Below are positions 49,521 through 63,225 of a stretch of DNA of 64,000 nt, piece after piece. Positions within the stretch are counted from its first letter, which is position 1. Every line of letters begins with the position of its first letter. The translations under genes and the position numbers were made by a program. Below the pieces are notes generated by a model. The model was not told the DNA's origin. It made no database searches and saw only the letters and a list, made by a program, of their open reading frames with translations. This DNA comes from Azolla caroliniana (Eukaryota > Plantae > Polypodiophyta), in the NCBI GenBank assembly GCA_043228905.1, contig JBHGNT010000003.1, positions 14,632,001 to 14,696,000 on the forward strand. The letters are read 5' to 3'.

Positions 49521-52500
49521 TGTAGAAAGTAACGTGCGGAAGCAAGTATGAAGACCGAACAGAAGGAAGGAAACTCAGGTTTAATGGAGAGCTTGAGCTT
49601 ACACGCTATACGCGGGAGAGACAGAGAGAGAAAGACAGAAAACTCTATATTCAATAATAATACTCAGTCTGTACATAAGACGTGCTCAATGAACACTTTT
49701 ATACAAGTCCTGGAAGGACTGACCGAAGTACTGACAATACTTCAATGCTCATTAAGAGCTCCTACACTAACTCCCAAATATATTCCTCACAGAATATCTT
49801 TCCTAACGACCTCCCGGTTTACGCACTTGGCCTAACCGATCGGTCCCAACCGATCCGGTCCTTGGCTTCTTCAGCCGATCCGGCCGATGTTGAGCTTGTC
49901 TCTCAACACTCCCCCTCAAGCTCAACTCGAGGCTCTTCGGGATCCTCGGGCTCACGGCTCCTCGGGCTCACGGCTCCAGTTCCTCCTGGCTTCACGCCTC
50001 GCTCGCGCTCCTCGACCTGTTCGACTCCGCGCGCTTCGACCCTTCCGGTCGGCTTGTATGCTCATGCGGCCCTTATTAGCTCTTCTGCTATTGCGGTGTC
50101 AACGCTTCTCCTGCTGCCTTTTCTTCCGCTTGGGCCTTGGTTGATTCAGCGTATCTGAATCAAACATTTGAACCGACTCGGCTACCTCCGATCGGTTTTC
50201 ACTCTCGTCTGAGTTGGCTGCCTCCAACTCGTCTTCGGTCTTCTCGCCCTCGATGGCGTCATCTCCCCTATGCGTGGTTGGCTTCGGCTCTCTCCTTCGC
50301 CTGCTCCCCTTCTGTCCGCTTCCGAACTTCTCCGTGGGTCCGTCCTCGGCTTCTTCAGCCGATCCGAAGTCGAACTTGTCAACCGACTCGGTGTCACGGT
50401 TTCCGCTCCTTTCCTGCTGCTTTGCTTGGTCATTCGGGACTGTTCTCCCCCTCATGTTCGGCACGTCAAGGTGACGCAATCCGAGCGCACCTAAGAATTG
50501 CCGCAACTTGTCCAGACCAAGAGGCTTGGTGAAGATGTTGTCAACCTGTCGATCCGTCGAAACGTACTGAAGTTCGACTTCACCGGAAAGGACACGCTCA
50601 CGGACGAAATGGTAGTGCACCTCAATGTGCTTGGTCCGTGCATGGAAGACGAGGTTCTTCGCGAGTTGGATGCTGCTGAGGTTGTCGCAGTAGATCGTCG
50701 TTGGATCGGACACCTCCTCTTGCAGGTCCTTAAGTAGCCGCTTCAACCATATGGCTTCGCATGTCGCGACAGCCGCTCCTCGGTACTCCGCTTCGGTGCT
50801 CGACAATGCAACTATCGGCTGCTTCTTACTGCTCCACGCGATCGCGGCACTCCCGAGGGAGAACGCGTATCCAGACGTGGATCGGCGATCGGCGGCATTG
50901 CCAGCCCAATCAACATCGGTGTAGCCGACTAACTGCACGGCTGCACCAGTCGGATATAGCAGTCCTCGGTCCTTAGTGCCACTTACGTACCGCAGTATGC
51001 GTTGCGCACACTGAAGGTGCTCCTCGGTAGGTTGCGCCATGAACTGACTGATCACCCCGACCGGGTAACTGAGGTCGGGTCGGGTGATGGTCAAGTATAT
51101 GAGGCTTCCGACAATTTGTCGGAACCTCGTCGGGTCGCATACCTTTCCCGTAACGGGACGAAGCTTCACGGTTCTATCTAGGGGAGTCGAGACGGACTTA
51201 CAGTCGGCCATCCCGAATTTGAAGAGCATACTCAACACGTAGTGACGTTGGCTAATCAATATGCCTTCGGGGGTACGGATCACTTCGATCCCGAGGAAGT
51301 AATGAAGGTCCCCCAAATCCTTCATGTCGAACGATGCCGCAAATTGGAGCTTCACGCGGTCAATTTCACCTAGGTCGGCGCTGGTGATGACCAAGTCATC
51401 AACATACAGTAAAATACTAACCGGTCCGAGTCGACCTTTCCGGATGAACAGGGAAGAGTCCGATTTTGATGTGGCAAAGCCCATCCGACACAGTTCTTGA
51501 GTGATCTTCCCGTTCCAGGCACGCGGGGCTTGCTTCAGTCCGTAAAGGGACTTCTTCAGTCGGCATACTGCCGAGGAGTTCGTTCTAGAGTGAAATCCGG
51601 GGGGTTGTACCTTGTACACCTGTTCCTCAAGGTCACCTTGTAGGAACGCATTCTTTACATCCATCTGATGTAAGTGCCACCCCTTGGCCGCAGCTACTGC
51701 GAGCAAAACATGGATGGTCGTCATTTTCGCGACTGGCGCAAACGTCTCATCGTAGTCGATGCCGTGTTTCTACGCGTAGCTCTTTGCCACTAGCCGAGCC
51801 TTGTACCGGTTCACCAAGCCATCGGTGTTGTACTTGACTTTGTACACCCACCTACACCCGATCGGCTTCACACCCTTCGGTGCGTCAACCAGGTTCCAGG
51901 TCTCGTTCTCCGCCAATGCGTGCATCTCTTCCTCCATCGCGGCACGCCAATTCGCGTCTTTAGCCGCTTCTGCGTAGCTCTCCGGCTCACGCACTTCCGC
52001 TACACGGGTCATGTACGCATAATGATGCGCCATGTACTTGTTGTATCCGAACCGCACAACTGGGTTCTTTTGGCAGGTAGATCGGCGTAATCTCACATTA
52101 GCCGATGTCGAGGCCTTCTCGGTCGACCCGGTCTTCACCTTTAAAGACCCATCACCGGTTCCCTCGGAGTCGGACTCGTGTCGGTCTGACTCGTTCCTTT
52201 CCGTGCCGGAATCCGACATGTTCTTCTTCCCTTTCTCTTTGCGCGTAAGCCGTCTCCTCGGCTTCCTGCGCGGGGAATGCACGACCGAGTCTCCACTACT
52301 CGCCGGCTCTTCATCGGACTGGTCGTACCGACTCAGTCGTCCAATCGGTCCACTTAACCAGAGTGAAATCAGACTCTCTTCGCGGGTCTTGATTTCAGGC
52401 TCATCCGGAGGCATCTCGGCCTCGCTGACCTCATCGTCAGAGATCGGATTGGAGTCGGGGTTCCGAGTCGGGGGCAGGTACCAGGACGCGGACTCGTCAA

Positions 52501-54309
52501 ACACAACGTCGCGGCTGACACGCGCTTGTTTGGTGCGAGGGTTATAGCATTTATAACCCTTCTGCTCGTCCGAGTAACCGACCAAGATGCACTTCTTGGC
52601 CTTTGCGTCTAGCTTCCTCCTTTTCTCCTTCGGTACATGCACATACGCAATGCTACCGAACAGCCTCAAGTGTCGCAAGTTCGGCTTCGTTCCGAAATAT
52701 AGCTCGTGCGCCGACACTTTGTCTCCGATCCGGTTCTGGATGTATACCGCGGTCCTTACCGCCTCGGCCCAGTAGAACTTGGGCAAGCTCTTCTCCTCCA
52801 GCATTGCCCGTGCCGCTTCCACAATCGACCGATTCTTCCTCTCGGCCACGCCAGGTTGTATCGGTTTTTCAAGGTACGAGAACCACTCCTTATGGCTCGT
52901 CATGTGGTTTGACGCGCCGGAGTCTACATACCACACCTCGTCCAATCTCGGGGTGTTCTGTTTCATTGAGTTTGCTTCGTGTCTCGTCACGAAGACAGAC
53001 CCTTCTCCGTCTCTCCCGGAGTCTTCGGTGTAGTGCGATCGCTGCCGATTTCCCTTGTCGGTATGTCCGGAGCTGTTTCCGAAACCGGTTCTCTCCAAAT
53101 CGGCGCGCTTCTTCCAGCACTCGCTTTACCTGTGGCCTTTCTTGCCACGGTACCAGCACTCCGCGATGGCCTTCCCTTGCCGGTTCTCATCGCTTCGACT
53201 CCCCCTGTTTCCGGAGGGTCTGGAGTTGCTGTCGGCATCACTTCGGTGCCTTCTTCCTTGATCTCATCGGCCGCCTTCATTGCGCCCCGAATCGCCTCGT
53301 CCTCCACGTCCACGAGGCCTATCTCCCTCCGTGTACAACATTCTGTTGTCAGCGTGCGTGCTTGTAGACGCACCCGCGTGGTTCTCCTCTACCAGGAGCA
53401 TCGACTGTAAGTCGAAAAAGGACGGCGTATTCTCCCGGGTACACACAGCCGTTCGGAACGCTCCGAACTTCGACGCCAAACCTCCGAGACAGATCTGGAC
53501 CATCTCGCTCTCCTCGATGTTCACCTCTATGGAGGCGAGGGAGTCGCAAATATCCTTGATCTTTGAGGTATAGTCCGCCATTGACAAATCGCGTTGTCGT
53601 AGGTTGCTCAACTCCTGTCGGAGCTGAAGCTTCCTGGCTGTGGTGCTCGCGGCGAAAATCTTTTTCAGATTTTCCCACGCATCCTTCGGCGTCTTTGCAT
53701 CCCAAACATAGCTTAATAGTTGTTCGCCCACACACGACGTGAAGCAGTACAACACCATGCTCGCCGATTGCTCACACAACGGGAAGTCTCTGTATGTCGA
53801 TTCGGGTGCCGCGTCATTAGCTCCTTCGACATAACTCCAGTAGCCGTGCCCAAGCAGATACTGGTGCATCTTGTAGGACCAAGACGCGTAGTTGGTTCTG
53901 TCGATCTTCTCTGTTGGAAGCGAGCTCGCCATGCCTCTATCCATCGTTCTTCTTGTTCTTCTTCGTCAAGCTGTGTCGGCTGTAGAGAGGTTCTCAACCC
54001 TCACGCTCTGATACCATGTAGAAAGTAACGTGCGGAAGCAAGTATGAAGACCGAACGGAAGGAAGGAAACTCAGGTTTAATGGAGAGCTTGAGCTTACAC
54101 GGTATACGCGGGAGAGACAGAGAGAGAAAGACAGAAAACTCTATATTCAACAATAATACTTAGTCTGTACATAAGATGTGCTCAGTGAACACTTTTATAT
54201 AAGTCCTGGAAGGACTGACCGAAGTACTGACAGTACTTCAATGCTCATTAAGAGCTCCTACACTAACTCCCAAATATATTCCTCATGGAATATCTTTCCT
54301 AACGACCTC
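49521..54309 (-). mobile_element. Ty1/Copia element 'D' (same family as E); 5' LTR outer end lost; internal PR-INT deletion
   Basis: 3' LTR 49521-49908, PPT at 49909-49917, PBS at 54005-54016, truncated 5' LTR 54017-54309. ORFs 53264-53944, 51770-53098 and 50099-51724. Confidence 0.94.
50099..53944 (-). pseudogene. gag-pol: Copia D gag-pol with charged C-terminal extension after RNase H
   Basis: gag, WYVDSGAS, RT LYVDD and RH TKHIEVHYHFVRE, then ~125 aa acidic/basic tail ending PKRKKRQQEKR. Confidence 0.92.
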
Positions 54310-55700
54310 TCGATCATCGCGATTGCGCCCATAGTTGTCGCGTCTTCTATCATTGTACTGATCCCCATGTTCTGGTTGGTATCGGTCCTCCCTCCGGAAC
54401 TGTTCGTCATCCGGTTCGTGACTGCTACATGGTTCAATGATCCGCACCGATGCCGCTTGTCGGCTGAGCAGGTTGTACTCACATCGGTCCGTTGTGTATG
54501 CCTGTGAGTGGTAAATCATACACTGAGTCCTCATTGTGCAGTTTACCGTCGAATGGCCCGGGTTTAGACACGTTGTGCATTGCAATGTTTGGCGAAACCT
54601 GAGATCCTCCTTATTTGGAAGGACCCTCTATAGGGCTCCCATCGTCATCAGGGAGCTATGTTTATCCATTTCCAGCACCCGATCGATGACTTGATCCATT
54701 GTGCTGGCCTAGAAATCTAGTACCACGCACATCATTCAAAAGGGTTCCCGTAGAGCGGCTAGGAACACCGCTTTTGCCTCCTCCTCCGGAGGTGCCCTTG
54801 TTAATTGGTTGTGTAGTGTTTGAAATCGGATGATAAATTGGGGCATTGTCTCCTGCTCCTCTTGGTGGGTTGTGTAAAACTGACCAACTAGTTCGCGTTG
54901 TTCCACATGCCTATGGAATAGTCAGAGGAATTTTGTTTTCAAGGACTCAAATGTGGCAAAGCTTCTAGGTAGGTGCTTTGCGTGCCAGCGGGCCACCGAT
55001 CCCTCTAATGTCATGCCAAATTCAGCAATTTTTTACCATTCGGCTTCCCGTTCGGTCAGCCTTTGGGACACATGATTTGCTTCCCATGTTTGTAGGAACG
55101 CATAGACATGTGCCTCCGCATCAGGGTCATCACAGTACTTCAGATACAGGTACGGCATGGTGTAGTCTTCGGGAGGTTGTACCGGAGATGTGTGGTCTAG
55201 TTCTTGCATTGTTTTCCGCTTTCTCCGCGGGTGGTGTTGGTGCGCGGTTTTCCGCCTTCTTCGTGGATGGTGTTGGTGCACGGTTTTCCGCTTCCTCCGC
55301 TGGTGGTGTTGGTGAGCTGTCCGATTCGTCGTCCTTTGGATCGTCCAGAGTATCGTGGCTGCTTTTGTAATTTGATTGAACGCTCTGTTCACTATCCGAT
55401 TCCGACTCTAAGGCCGAGAATGCCTCCGAGTCTCCGTTGCCTTCGGCAAGCGTCCGCAGTCGCGATTATGCCAGACTACTGCCCTCGTCGGAAAGTTGTT
55501 GTTTTTTGAACCGAAGTGCTTCTTCCGTGACCCTCCAAAGCACTCTGGGAAAAGACTGATCTCGTTGTATCTCCTCAGCCGATTGTTGGAAGGCTTCCCG
55601 CCTTTGCTGTCTTTCAACTAGTCTTCTTCCTCGTTCGGTGACTTGGTCGTTAATCGGTCGAGACATCCATCCCCCGGTGTTCTCTGCTCAGTGCAGGAAT
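54310..55700 (-). pseudogene. gag: Gypsy C gag N-terminal part
   Basis: DPDAEAHVYAFLQTWEAN gag-like segment and CTTCLNPGHSTVNC knuckle, directly downstream of the PBS. Confidence 0.72.
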
Positions 55701-55718
55701 CGTGGTCGCCAAAAACTG

Positions 55719-56207
55719 TGTTATCCTTTAGGCTGGACAAGCCCTAACACAGGGTGTCCCTAGGGAACACTTCACCAAAGGGTGGTACGGTGAGATATGG
55801 ATGGACCGTGGTATCAAATGGGTCTTAACTGGTTACTAACCGGCAATGTTAATGATCGTAACACACATGTAAGATTAATTATATTAAGCACAGGGTGGTA
55901 ACCAAATATACACTAAACAATACTTAAAATAGCAGCGCTTCTATTAAATATCAGTCTCTGATTACATTCTTGCAAACCGGTGCCAACCGGCAACTGGCAA
56001 CGATCCGGTCCGGATTTGAATCGGCATACCGATTCTAGGTCCGTCTGTTCGCTTCTCAAAATAACATAATATTCCGCTTCTCAAAATAACATACTACTTT
56101 GCTTCTCAAAATAACATAATACTTATTAATTTTAACTCCCTATTCCTAATTAAATACCCCTTTCACATTCTGGACTCTTACCGGCCCTTTGGCCTTGCCG
56201 GCCAACA
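55719..56207 (-). repeat. 5' LTR of Gypsy C (outer boundary uncertain, 56207 or 56249)
   Basis: Homologous to 23479-23932 and adjacent to PBS TGGCGACCACG (tRNA-Arg(UCG)-like). Contains GCTTCTCAAAATAACATA three times (56051-56118). Confidence 0.72.
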
Positions 56208-57015
56208 CCTTTGGTAGTTGACGGACAACGGGAAATGCGATCAATAACACGTGGAGTTGGGTCTGCGGGCACGTGGCCGATCCTCTTGTGCCAAGTCTCC
56301 ACTTTTTGTCCTTTGGCAAGCAAAGCGGTGCCGACGTCATTTGTGTCGAGGATGAACATCTTCCCTTCCCGGCACCCTTACGCGATGATCTAACCTTCCT
56401 CTTTGATGAAGCACCCGAAATGGGTGAACCAAACCTGCATCCCTTGGTTGACGATCTGCCCCAACGACACCAAGTTCTTTGTAATTGTCAGGATGTGTAA
56501 CACGTTCATGAGTCTCCCCTTCTGTTCGACATGACTTAGGGGGACATTGCCGACATGTTCGATCGGATGCGAGGTGTCTTCACCGGTTTCGACGACTCCC
56601 ATTTGTTCCAGTTTCAGCAAGTAAGACAACCACTCCTCGTGACTTGTCATGTGGATAGACGCAGAGTTGACTTACCACACCTCATTCGGTTTCGAGGTGC
56701 TCTTTTTCATCGAATTTCTCTTGTGCTTCATTATAAAGGTTGGGCTTGTTCTAGTTCACTTCTGACCCTTCGACATAGTGCGATCGTTATCGATTCCTGT
56801 GTTCAGCTTTGCTCGATCGGATTTATCCGAGTCAGCCTTCTTTTTCCAGCACTTGCATTCTTTGTGGCCTTTCCAGCCACAATAGCAGCATTCCGACTCG
56901 GCCTTTTCTTGCCGGTTTCTGGCGCCGCTTTGACTCCCCCTGCTCGTGGAGGGTCTGGAACTGTTGTTGGCATGTCGATTATGCCTTTCATTGTACTCTT
57001 GTCGACCGCCACCAT

Positions 57016-60000
57016 TGTTAGGAGTTCGGTCCCTCCAGATGGGATACGGGTACCCGGCAAGGAAGATCCAGTGAGAATCGGATGACACAGGCCCGGTGAG
57101 AACCCCTCACCGGATGAAGGGACATGTATGTAAATATGTCCTATGTTAGCCCATTGAGGCTATATTTGTATATAGCCCGAAAGTCATATTAGTATAAATA
57201 TGACCTAGGGCAAATAGATGTAGATGATTGTCGTCATTACTTGTTGTGTAGACTTATTGAGAGTAACTGCTATACAGAGAGAGACTGAGAGAGAGAGAGA
57301 GAGATACAGAGCAAGTCTCTATTGTAACTGCCGCCAGGCAAAGATTGTGAGCAAGAGGTTGTTGTCTTTGTGTTCACCTATTATATTCCTTTTGACATAG
57401 TGATAGTTGGAGTTTGTGGACTCCCGTGGTTTTTCCCATTTAAGGTTTTCCACGTAAACGTACTATGTACTCTCTCTCATATTGTCTATGTGTACGTGTA
57501 TTCACCTCTATTCCCATTCTCGGTGTTCAATTCAAAACAACACGATCTGAGACTCGGTTGTGGCTGAGTAATATTCTGTATATTCTTGTCAAACTGGTAT
57601 CAGAGCGAAACGACACAGAAAATGGAAGATTCATTTGGCGGCATGTTCAAGCTCACTGGCTCCAACTACTCAGTGTGGAAGTCGAAGATAAGGGACATGC
57701 TGGTGCTTAAAGATCTTTGGTTGTCAGTTCAGTTCGGTGAGAAGAGACCGGACAAGATCGATGCCACAATGTGGGAGGTGATGCACATGAAGACAACGGC
57801 ATACATCCGGTGCTTCATCAACATGAGCCTGTACAACAGCTTCAACGAGGAGAGCAAGGCTCATAAGCTCTGGGAGAAGATCGGCATTATGTTTCAGAAC
57901 AAAAATGTTGTTAATCAGTTTTCGGTTTTCCGGAGGCTAGTAAGACTCTGGTACCAAGATGACTCTAGCATGGCGGAGCACATGAATGCCTTCTAGGGGC
58001 TGATACACTAGACAACATTGTTGGAAGTACCTCTCGCCAATGAGGTACTAGCATTGCTCCTGCTCAGTTCCCTCCCAGATAGCTGGGAGACGTTAGTTGT
58101 CACTTTGGGCAACGCCGGGCCGGAAGGAAAACAACTATCCCTAGCAAGAGTCAAGTCAAGCTTGCTACATGAGGAGGCACGTCGGAAAGACAATGATACG
58201 AGCTCCGACTCTAAAGCGCTCCTTACCGAATCGAAACGCGGAAGAAAAGTGAACCGTAGTACCCAGAACCGGGAAAAGTCGGGGACATGGTCAAAGTCAA
58301 GGGGAAGGCCCACTTGCTTCTATTGTGGGAAGCTAGGGCACTTCCATAAGAACTGTCAGCATTTCCGAAAAGACAAGGAAACTGACAGTACCGATTCAAA
58401 GTGGTCACCGGACTGAACGGCAAAGACCGGAGAGAACCGGACCGGAAGGGAACGACGGGAATTGCGGCAAATGAAGAGGAGTTGATGCTCATCACCGAGG
58501 AGAGTGAGTTGAACCTTTCCGGCGACGAGACAACATGGGTTGTCGATTCCGGAGCGTCGTTCCACTTGACCCCGGACCGGAAATGCTTCACATCCTACAC
58601 AACCGATTATCACGGTTGTGTCCGGATGGGGAATGAAGGTACATGCCGAATTGTCGGCATAGGAGACGTGTGGCTGACAACACCAACCAGATGCAAGCTG
58701 CTGCTAAAGGATGTCTGACATGTTCTGGAGGTTCAACTGAACCTGATATCAGCTAGTTGGCTAGATGATGAAGGCTACATGGGTAGCATCCGGAACGGTA
58801 TCATGAAGTTTAGCAAGGGGAGCCTGATAGTGGCTCGGGCCCAGAAGGTCAACACATTGTACCTAATGAATGCCCGGTTAAGCCCGAAAGAAGTGAATGT
58901 TGCTTCCGACACTGTCGGTGAGTTGTGGCACAAGAGATTGTGTCACATGAGCAAGAAGGGGATGAGGAGGCTTGCCGATGACAACCTCATTCCGGTGAAG
59001 GACGTGCATCTTAAGAAGTGCACCGTCTGCCTGGCCGGTAAGCAGAACCGGACCTCCTTCCGATCAAGGCCACCGATGAGACGTAATGCACCACTGGAGC
59101 TTGTGCATACAAATGTGTGTCAAGTGGACACGAAGTCACATGCCGGATCGCAATACTTCGTGACGTTCATAGACAACCACAGCCGGAAGCTATGGGCCAC
59201 ACCGCTGAAGATGAAGGATCAAGTGTTATCCGTCTTCAAGGAGCTCCATGCAAGAGTGGAAAGAGAAACCGGCCGAAAGCTGAAGGGGGTTCAAGCAGAT
59301 AATGGAGGCGAATACCGGGGGCAGTTTGAGGAGTACTGCCGCTCGAAGGGAATCCAGCTTGAATTTACTGTGCCGAAGACGGCGGAACTAAACAGGTTAG
59401 CCGAGAGGATGAACCTGACCATAATGGAGAGGGTCCGGAGTATGCTAGTGCATGCTAAGCTTCCCAAGACATTTTGGGCTAAGGCGTTGTCGACAACGAC
59501 GTATATGATAAACAAATCACCCTTAGTACCCTTGGACGGAGACACGCCGTAGAGAGTGTGGACTGGTAAGGAAGTGTCTTACTGGCATCTGAAGGTGTTC
59601 GGGTGTCTCGCTTACGTGCATGTGGCAAAGGACCGGAGATCAAAGCTGGATCCAAAATCCCGGCCCTGCATATTCCTCGGATACGGCGATGATGAGTTCG
59701 GCTACCGAGTGTGGGATCCGGTCAACAAGAAGGTTTTCTGGAGTTGAGATATTATCTTCATGGAGGACAAGACTCTTGCCAACTGGGAGTCGAAGAAGAA
59801 GATAATGAACTCCGAGTCGACTGGTAAGGATCGATGAGATGAGATGCAGACCCAACCGGCAAGGAGCCGGTTAACACTCGAAGAACTGGCTGGTTACGGT
59901 GAGGATACCGAACTTGCAGAAGAGGAAGAAGAAGCAGAAACCAGAACTGACCAAGACCCCGAATTAGATTCGGATGAAGAACAAACAGAGGAGCCGGTTG

Positions 60001-61848
60001 TCGAAAGCCAAGGACGCAGATATCCTCTCAAAGAGAGAAGGCCCCCCCGGAGATTTCCGGATGTAGAGCACGCGTTGCTAACCGATGAGGTGGGGCCGGA
60101 AAGCTTCGAAGAGGCAAAGGAGGACACCCACAACAGCAAGTGGTTGAGTGCCATGCAGGAAGAGATGGATTCCATGCATGAGAACCACACGTATGAATTG
60201 GTGGAGTTGCTAAAAGGAAAGAGAGCACTCCGAAACAAGTGGGTGTACAAGCTAAAATCGAGAGATGCCGGCAACCCCCCGAGATAAAAGCCAGGACTGT
60301 GGTGAAGGGGTTCTAGCAGAAGAAGGGCGTGGACTTCGACGAGATATTTGCCCCGGTAGTAAAGATGACTTCCATCCGGATGGTGCTGAGCATAGCGGCA
60401 AGCATGGACCTCAAGGTAGAGCAATTAGACGTGAAGATGGCGTTCCTCCATAGTGACCTCGAAGAGGAGATCTACATGCAACAACCGGAGGGATTTGTGA
60501 AGAAAGGGAAGGAGCACCTGGTCTACCAGTTGAAGAAGAGCCTCTACGGTTTGAAGCAAGCTCCCCGGAAATGGTACCGGAAGTTCGACTCCTTCATGAT
60601 GGATCAAGGATACCACAAGACGCAGGCTGATCACTAAGTGTTTGTGAAGAAGTTTGAAGGTGGAGACTTCCTAATACTCCTCCTGTACGTGGACGATATG
60701 TTGATCGTCAGACAAGACCAAGTCAAGATACGGATGCTAAAGAAGGCTTTGAACCGGACCTCCTCAATGAAAGACTTGGGTCCAGCAAGACAGATACTAG
60801 GGATGCACATCATCCGGGACTAGTCAAAGAAGCAATTGTGGCTGTCACAAGAGAAATACGTGACAAAGGTGCTTCAACGGTTCAACATGTCAGATGCGAA
60901 ACCGGTCGGATCGACACTCCCAGCAAATTGCAAGTTATCCGGTAAGCATAGCCCGAAGACGAAGGCAGAGAAGGCGGATATGATGAAGACACCATATGCC
61001 TCTGCCATCGGGAGCTTAATGTACGCAATGGTGTGTACCCGACCGGATATCGGATACGCAGTCGGAGTGGTGAGCCGGTTTATGAGCAATTCCGGCAAGG
61101 AGCACTGGAATGCGGTAAAGTGGATACTCCGGTACTTGAAGGGCACCTCAAGTATGTGTCTCCGATTCGGATATGTCGGCCGATGCGGATACTAGCAGGT
61201 CAACATCCGGATATGTCATGACATATGCAAGGGGAGTTGTTTCGTGGCAGTCGAGGCTGCAGAATATGGTTGTGTTGTCAACCACGGAAGAGTACATGGT
61301 AGTTGTGGAAGCCAGCAAGGAAATACTATGGATGAAGGACTTCATCAGAGAGCTAGGGATCTGGCAAGAGGAATATTGGCTCTATTGCGATAGTCAAAGT
61401 GCCATCCACCTTGCGAAGAACGCGGCGTATCATTCCAAGATGAAGCACATCCAGCGTAGGTACCACTGGATCCAGGAGTGAGTTGAAAATCAAGAGTTCG
61501 TGCTGATGAAGATCCACACGGAGGAGAATGGGTCGGATATGTTGAATAAGGTGCTGACACCCGACAAGCTGGACGCATGCCGGAAGCGGATCAGACTGAT
61601 GAGGCATCCCATGCCAGAGTGAAGGGGGAGTTTGTTAGGAGTTCGGTCCCTCCGGATGGGATATGGGTACCCGGCAAGGAAGAACCGGTGAGAACCGAAT
61701 GATGCAGGCCCGGTGAGAACCTCTCACCGGATGAAGGGATATGTATGTAAATATGTCCTCTGTTAGCCCATTGAGGCTATATTTGTAAATAGCCCGAAAG
61801 TGATATTAGTATAAATATGACCTAGTAATATTCTGCATATTTCTGTCA
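57016..61848 (+). mobile_element. Ty1/Copia element 'G' (Tnt1/Tork-like), near full length, pseudogenised
   Basis: 5' LTR 57016-57591, PBS TGGTATCAGAGC at 57595-57606, PPT at 61621-61630, internally deleted 3' LTR 61633-61848, perfect 5-bp TSD ACCAT. Confidence 0.95.
57622..61622 (+). pseudogene. gag-pol: Copia G gag-pol
   Basis: CFYCGKLGHFHKNC, WVVDSGAS, ADNGGEY, LYVDD and KHIQRRYHW motifs. Many stops. Confidence 0.92.
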
Positions 61849-62843
61849 ACCATTGTGTGTCGATCCACCTCGTCCGTCACGACCATGGGGCTGATCCGCC
61901 TTTGTGTACACCATCCGACTGTCAGATTATGTGCTCTTCAATGCACCTGCGTAGTTTTCCTCGACCATGAGCATCGATTGTAGGTCAAAAAACGACGGTG
62001 GTTTCTGCCTTGTGCAAATAACAGTCTGAATCGGCCCATACCTTTGTGCTAGACCACTGAGGCAAATCTGTACCGTCTCATCTTTGTCCACCGTTACATT
62101 GATGGATCCAATGGCATCACAGATTTCCTTGATTTTGGTGGTGTAGCCGGTCACCGTCATATCCCTCTATCGGATATTGTTGACCTCTTGCCAAAGTTGC
62201 AACTTTCGGGTCGTGGTACTTGCGGCAAAAATCTTTTTCAGATTTTCCCAAGCCTCCTTCGACGTCTTCGCATCCCGAATGTAGCCCAACATCTATTCGT
62301 GCACACAGGATGCAAGGCAGTACAAGACTCTACTTGCAACTTGCTCCCACAACGGTAAATCCTTGTGTGCCGAATCCGGTGCCACTTCGTTTACTCCTTC
62401 CACATAGCTCCAGTAATTGTGCCCAAGCAAGTACTGGTGCATCTTATAAGACCAAGATGCATAGTTGCCCAGATCAAACTATTTGATTGGAAGAGAGCTT
62501 GCCATGATTTTGTCCATTTTCTTCTCGTCTATTCTTTTCCGGTTGTTAGGGTTTGTCTGTGTTGAATGCTTGTCGGCAGTAGAGGATTCTCAACCCTTGC
62601 ACTCTGATACCATGTAGAGATTAGTGTGCGGAAGCTAAACAGACACAACCGGCTCAACCGTATAGCAATAAACAAAACAGAAAATCAATGGAGCACACAC
62701 AAAGAATATAGAGTACTCAGGAGAGACAGAGAGAGCAGAACCTAGAAAACTTGATTTCAAAAAATAACACTATGTGCATAAAACTATGCTCACTGAGCAC
62801 TTTTATCCATGTCCATAAAGGACAGTCAAAAGTACTGACAAGT

Positions 62844-63161
62844 TGTTGAGAGATCAAGCTCAACTTAGTTTAGTTAGTTAGTCAACCATGTAACTTCGTA
62901 GTTACCTAGATAGAATCTAGTTAGAAGTGTTGACTATAACGACTTAAATAGGACCTTGTACTTAAGTAGGATATTCTAGATCCTCCACTCCCAAGGTCAT
63001 TTAATATAGGACTTACACGGTTCTACCTATATTCTCCTCACACATGTGCACCCTTGCACATGAGATCTATATATACCTCATTGATGGTATTTTTGTATTT
63101 GATGATGATGAAGCTAATGCTAATTTAATATAGTTACTCATCCCCCATCTTGTGTTGTTCA

Positions 63162-63225
<64 letters not shown>

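Larger units (their letters stand above)
23479..56207 (-). mobile_element. Fragmented minus-strand Ty3/Gypsy element 'C' (non-chromovirus-like, extra 3' ORF) hosting nested insertions
   Basis: Pieces lie in correct order on the minus strand: LTR from 55719 to ~56207, PBS TGGCGACCACG (55701-55711), gag 54310-55700 and 48888-49520, protease/RT 35345-36843, RNase H/integrase 27276-29100, extra ORF, and LTR from 23479. The two LTRs are quite diverged, so this may be a composite of two family members. Confidence 0.75.
56270..62843 (-). mobile_element. Ty1/Copia remnant 'H' (D/E family), interrupted by G and by I
   Basis: LTR part 62613-62843, PBS at 62601-62612, gag ~61850-62515, Zn knuckle/protease/HKRIGHV at 56270-57015. 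Confidence 0.85.

Noticed and set aside
49521-49908. Copia D LTR is 388 bp, the same length as the array monomer
   Set aside because: No sequence similarity; coincidence.
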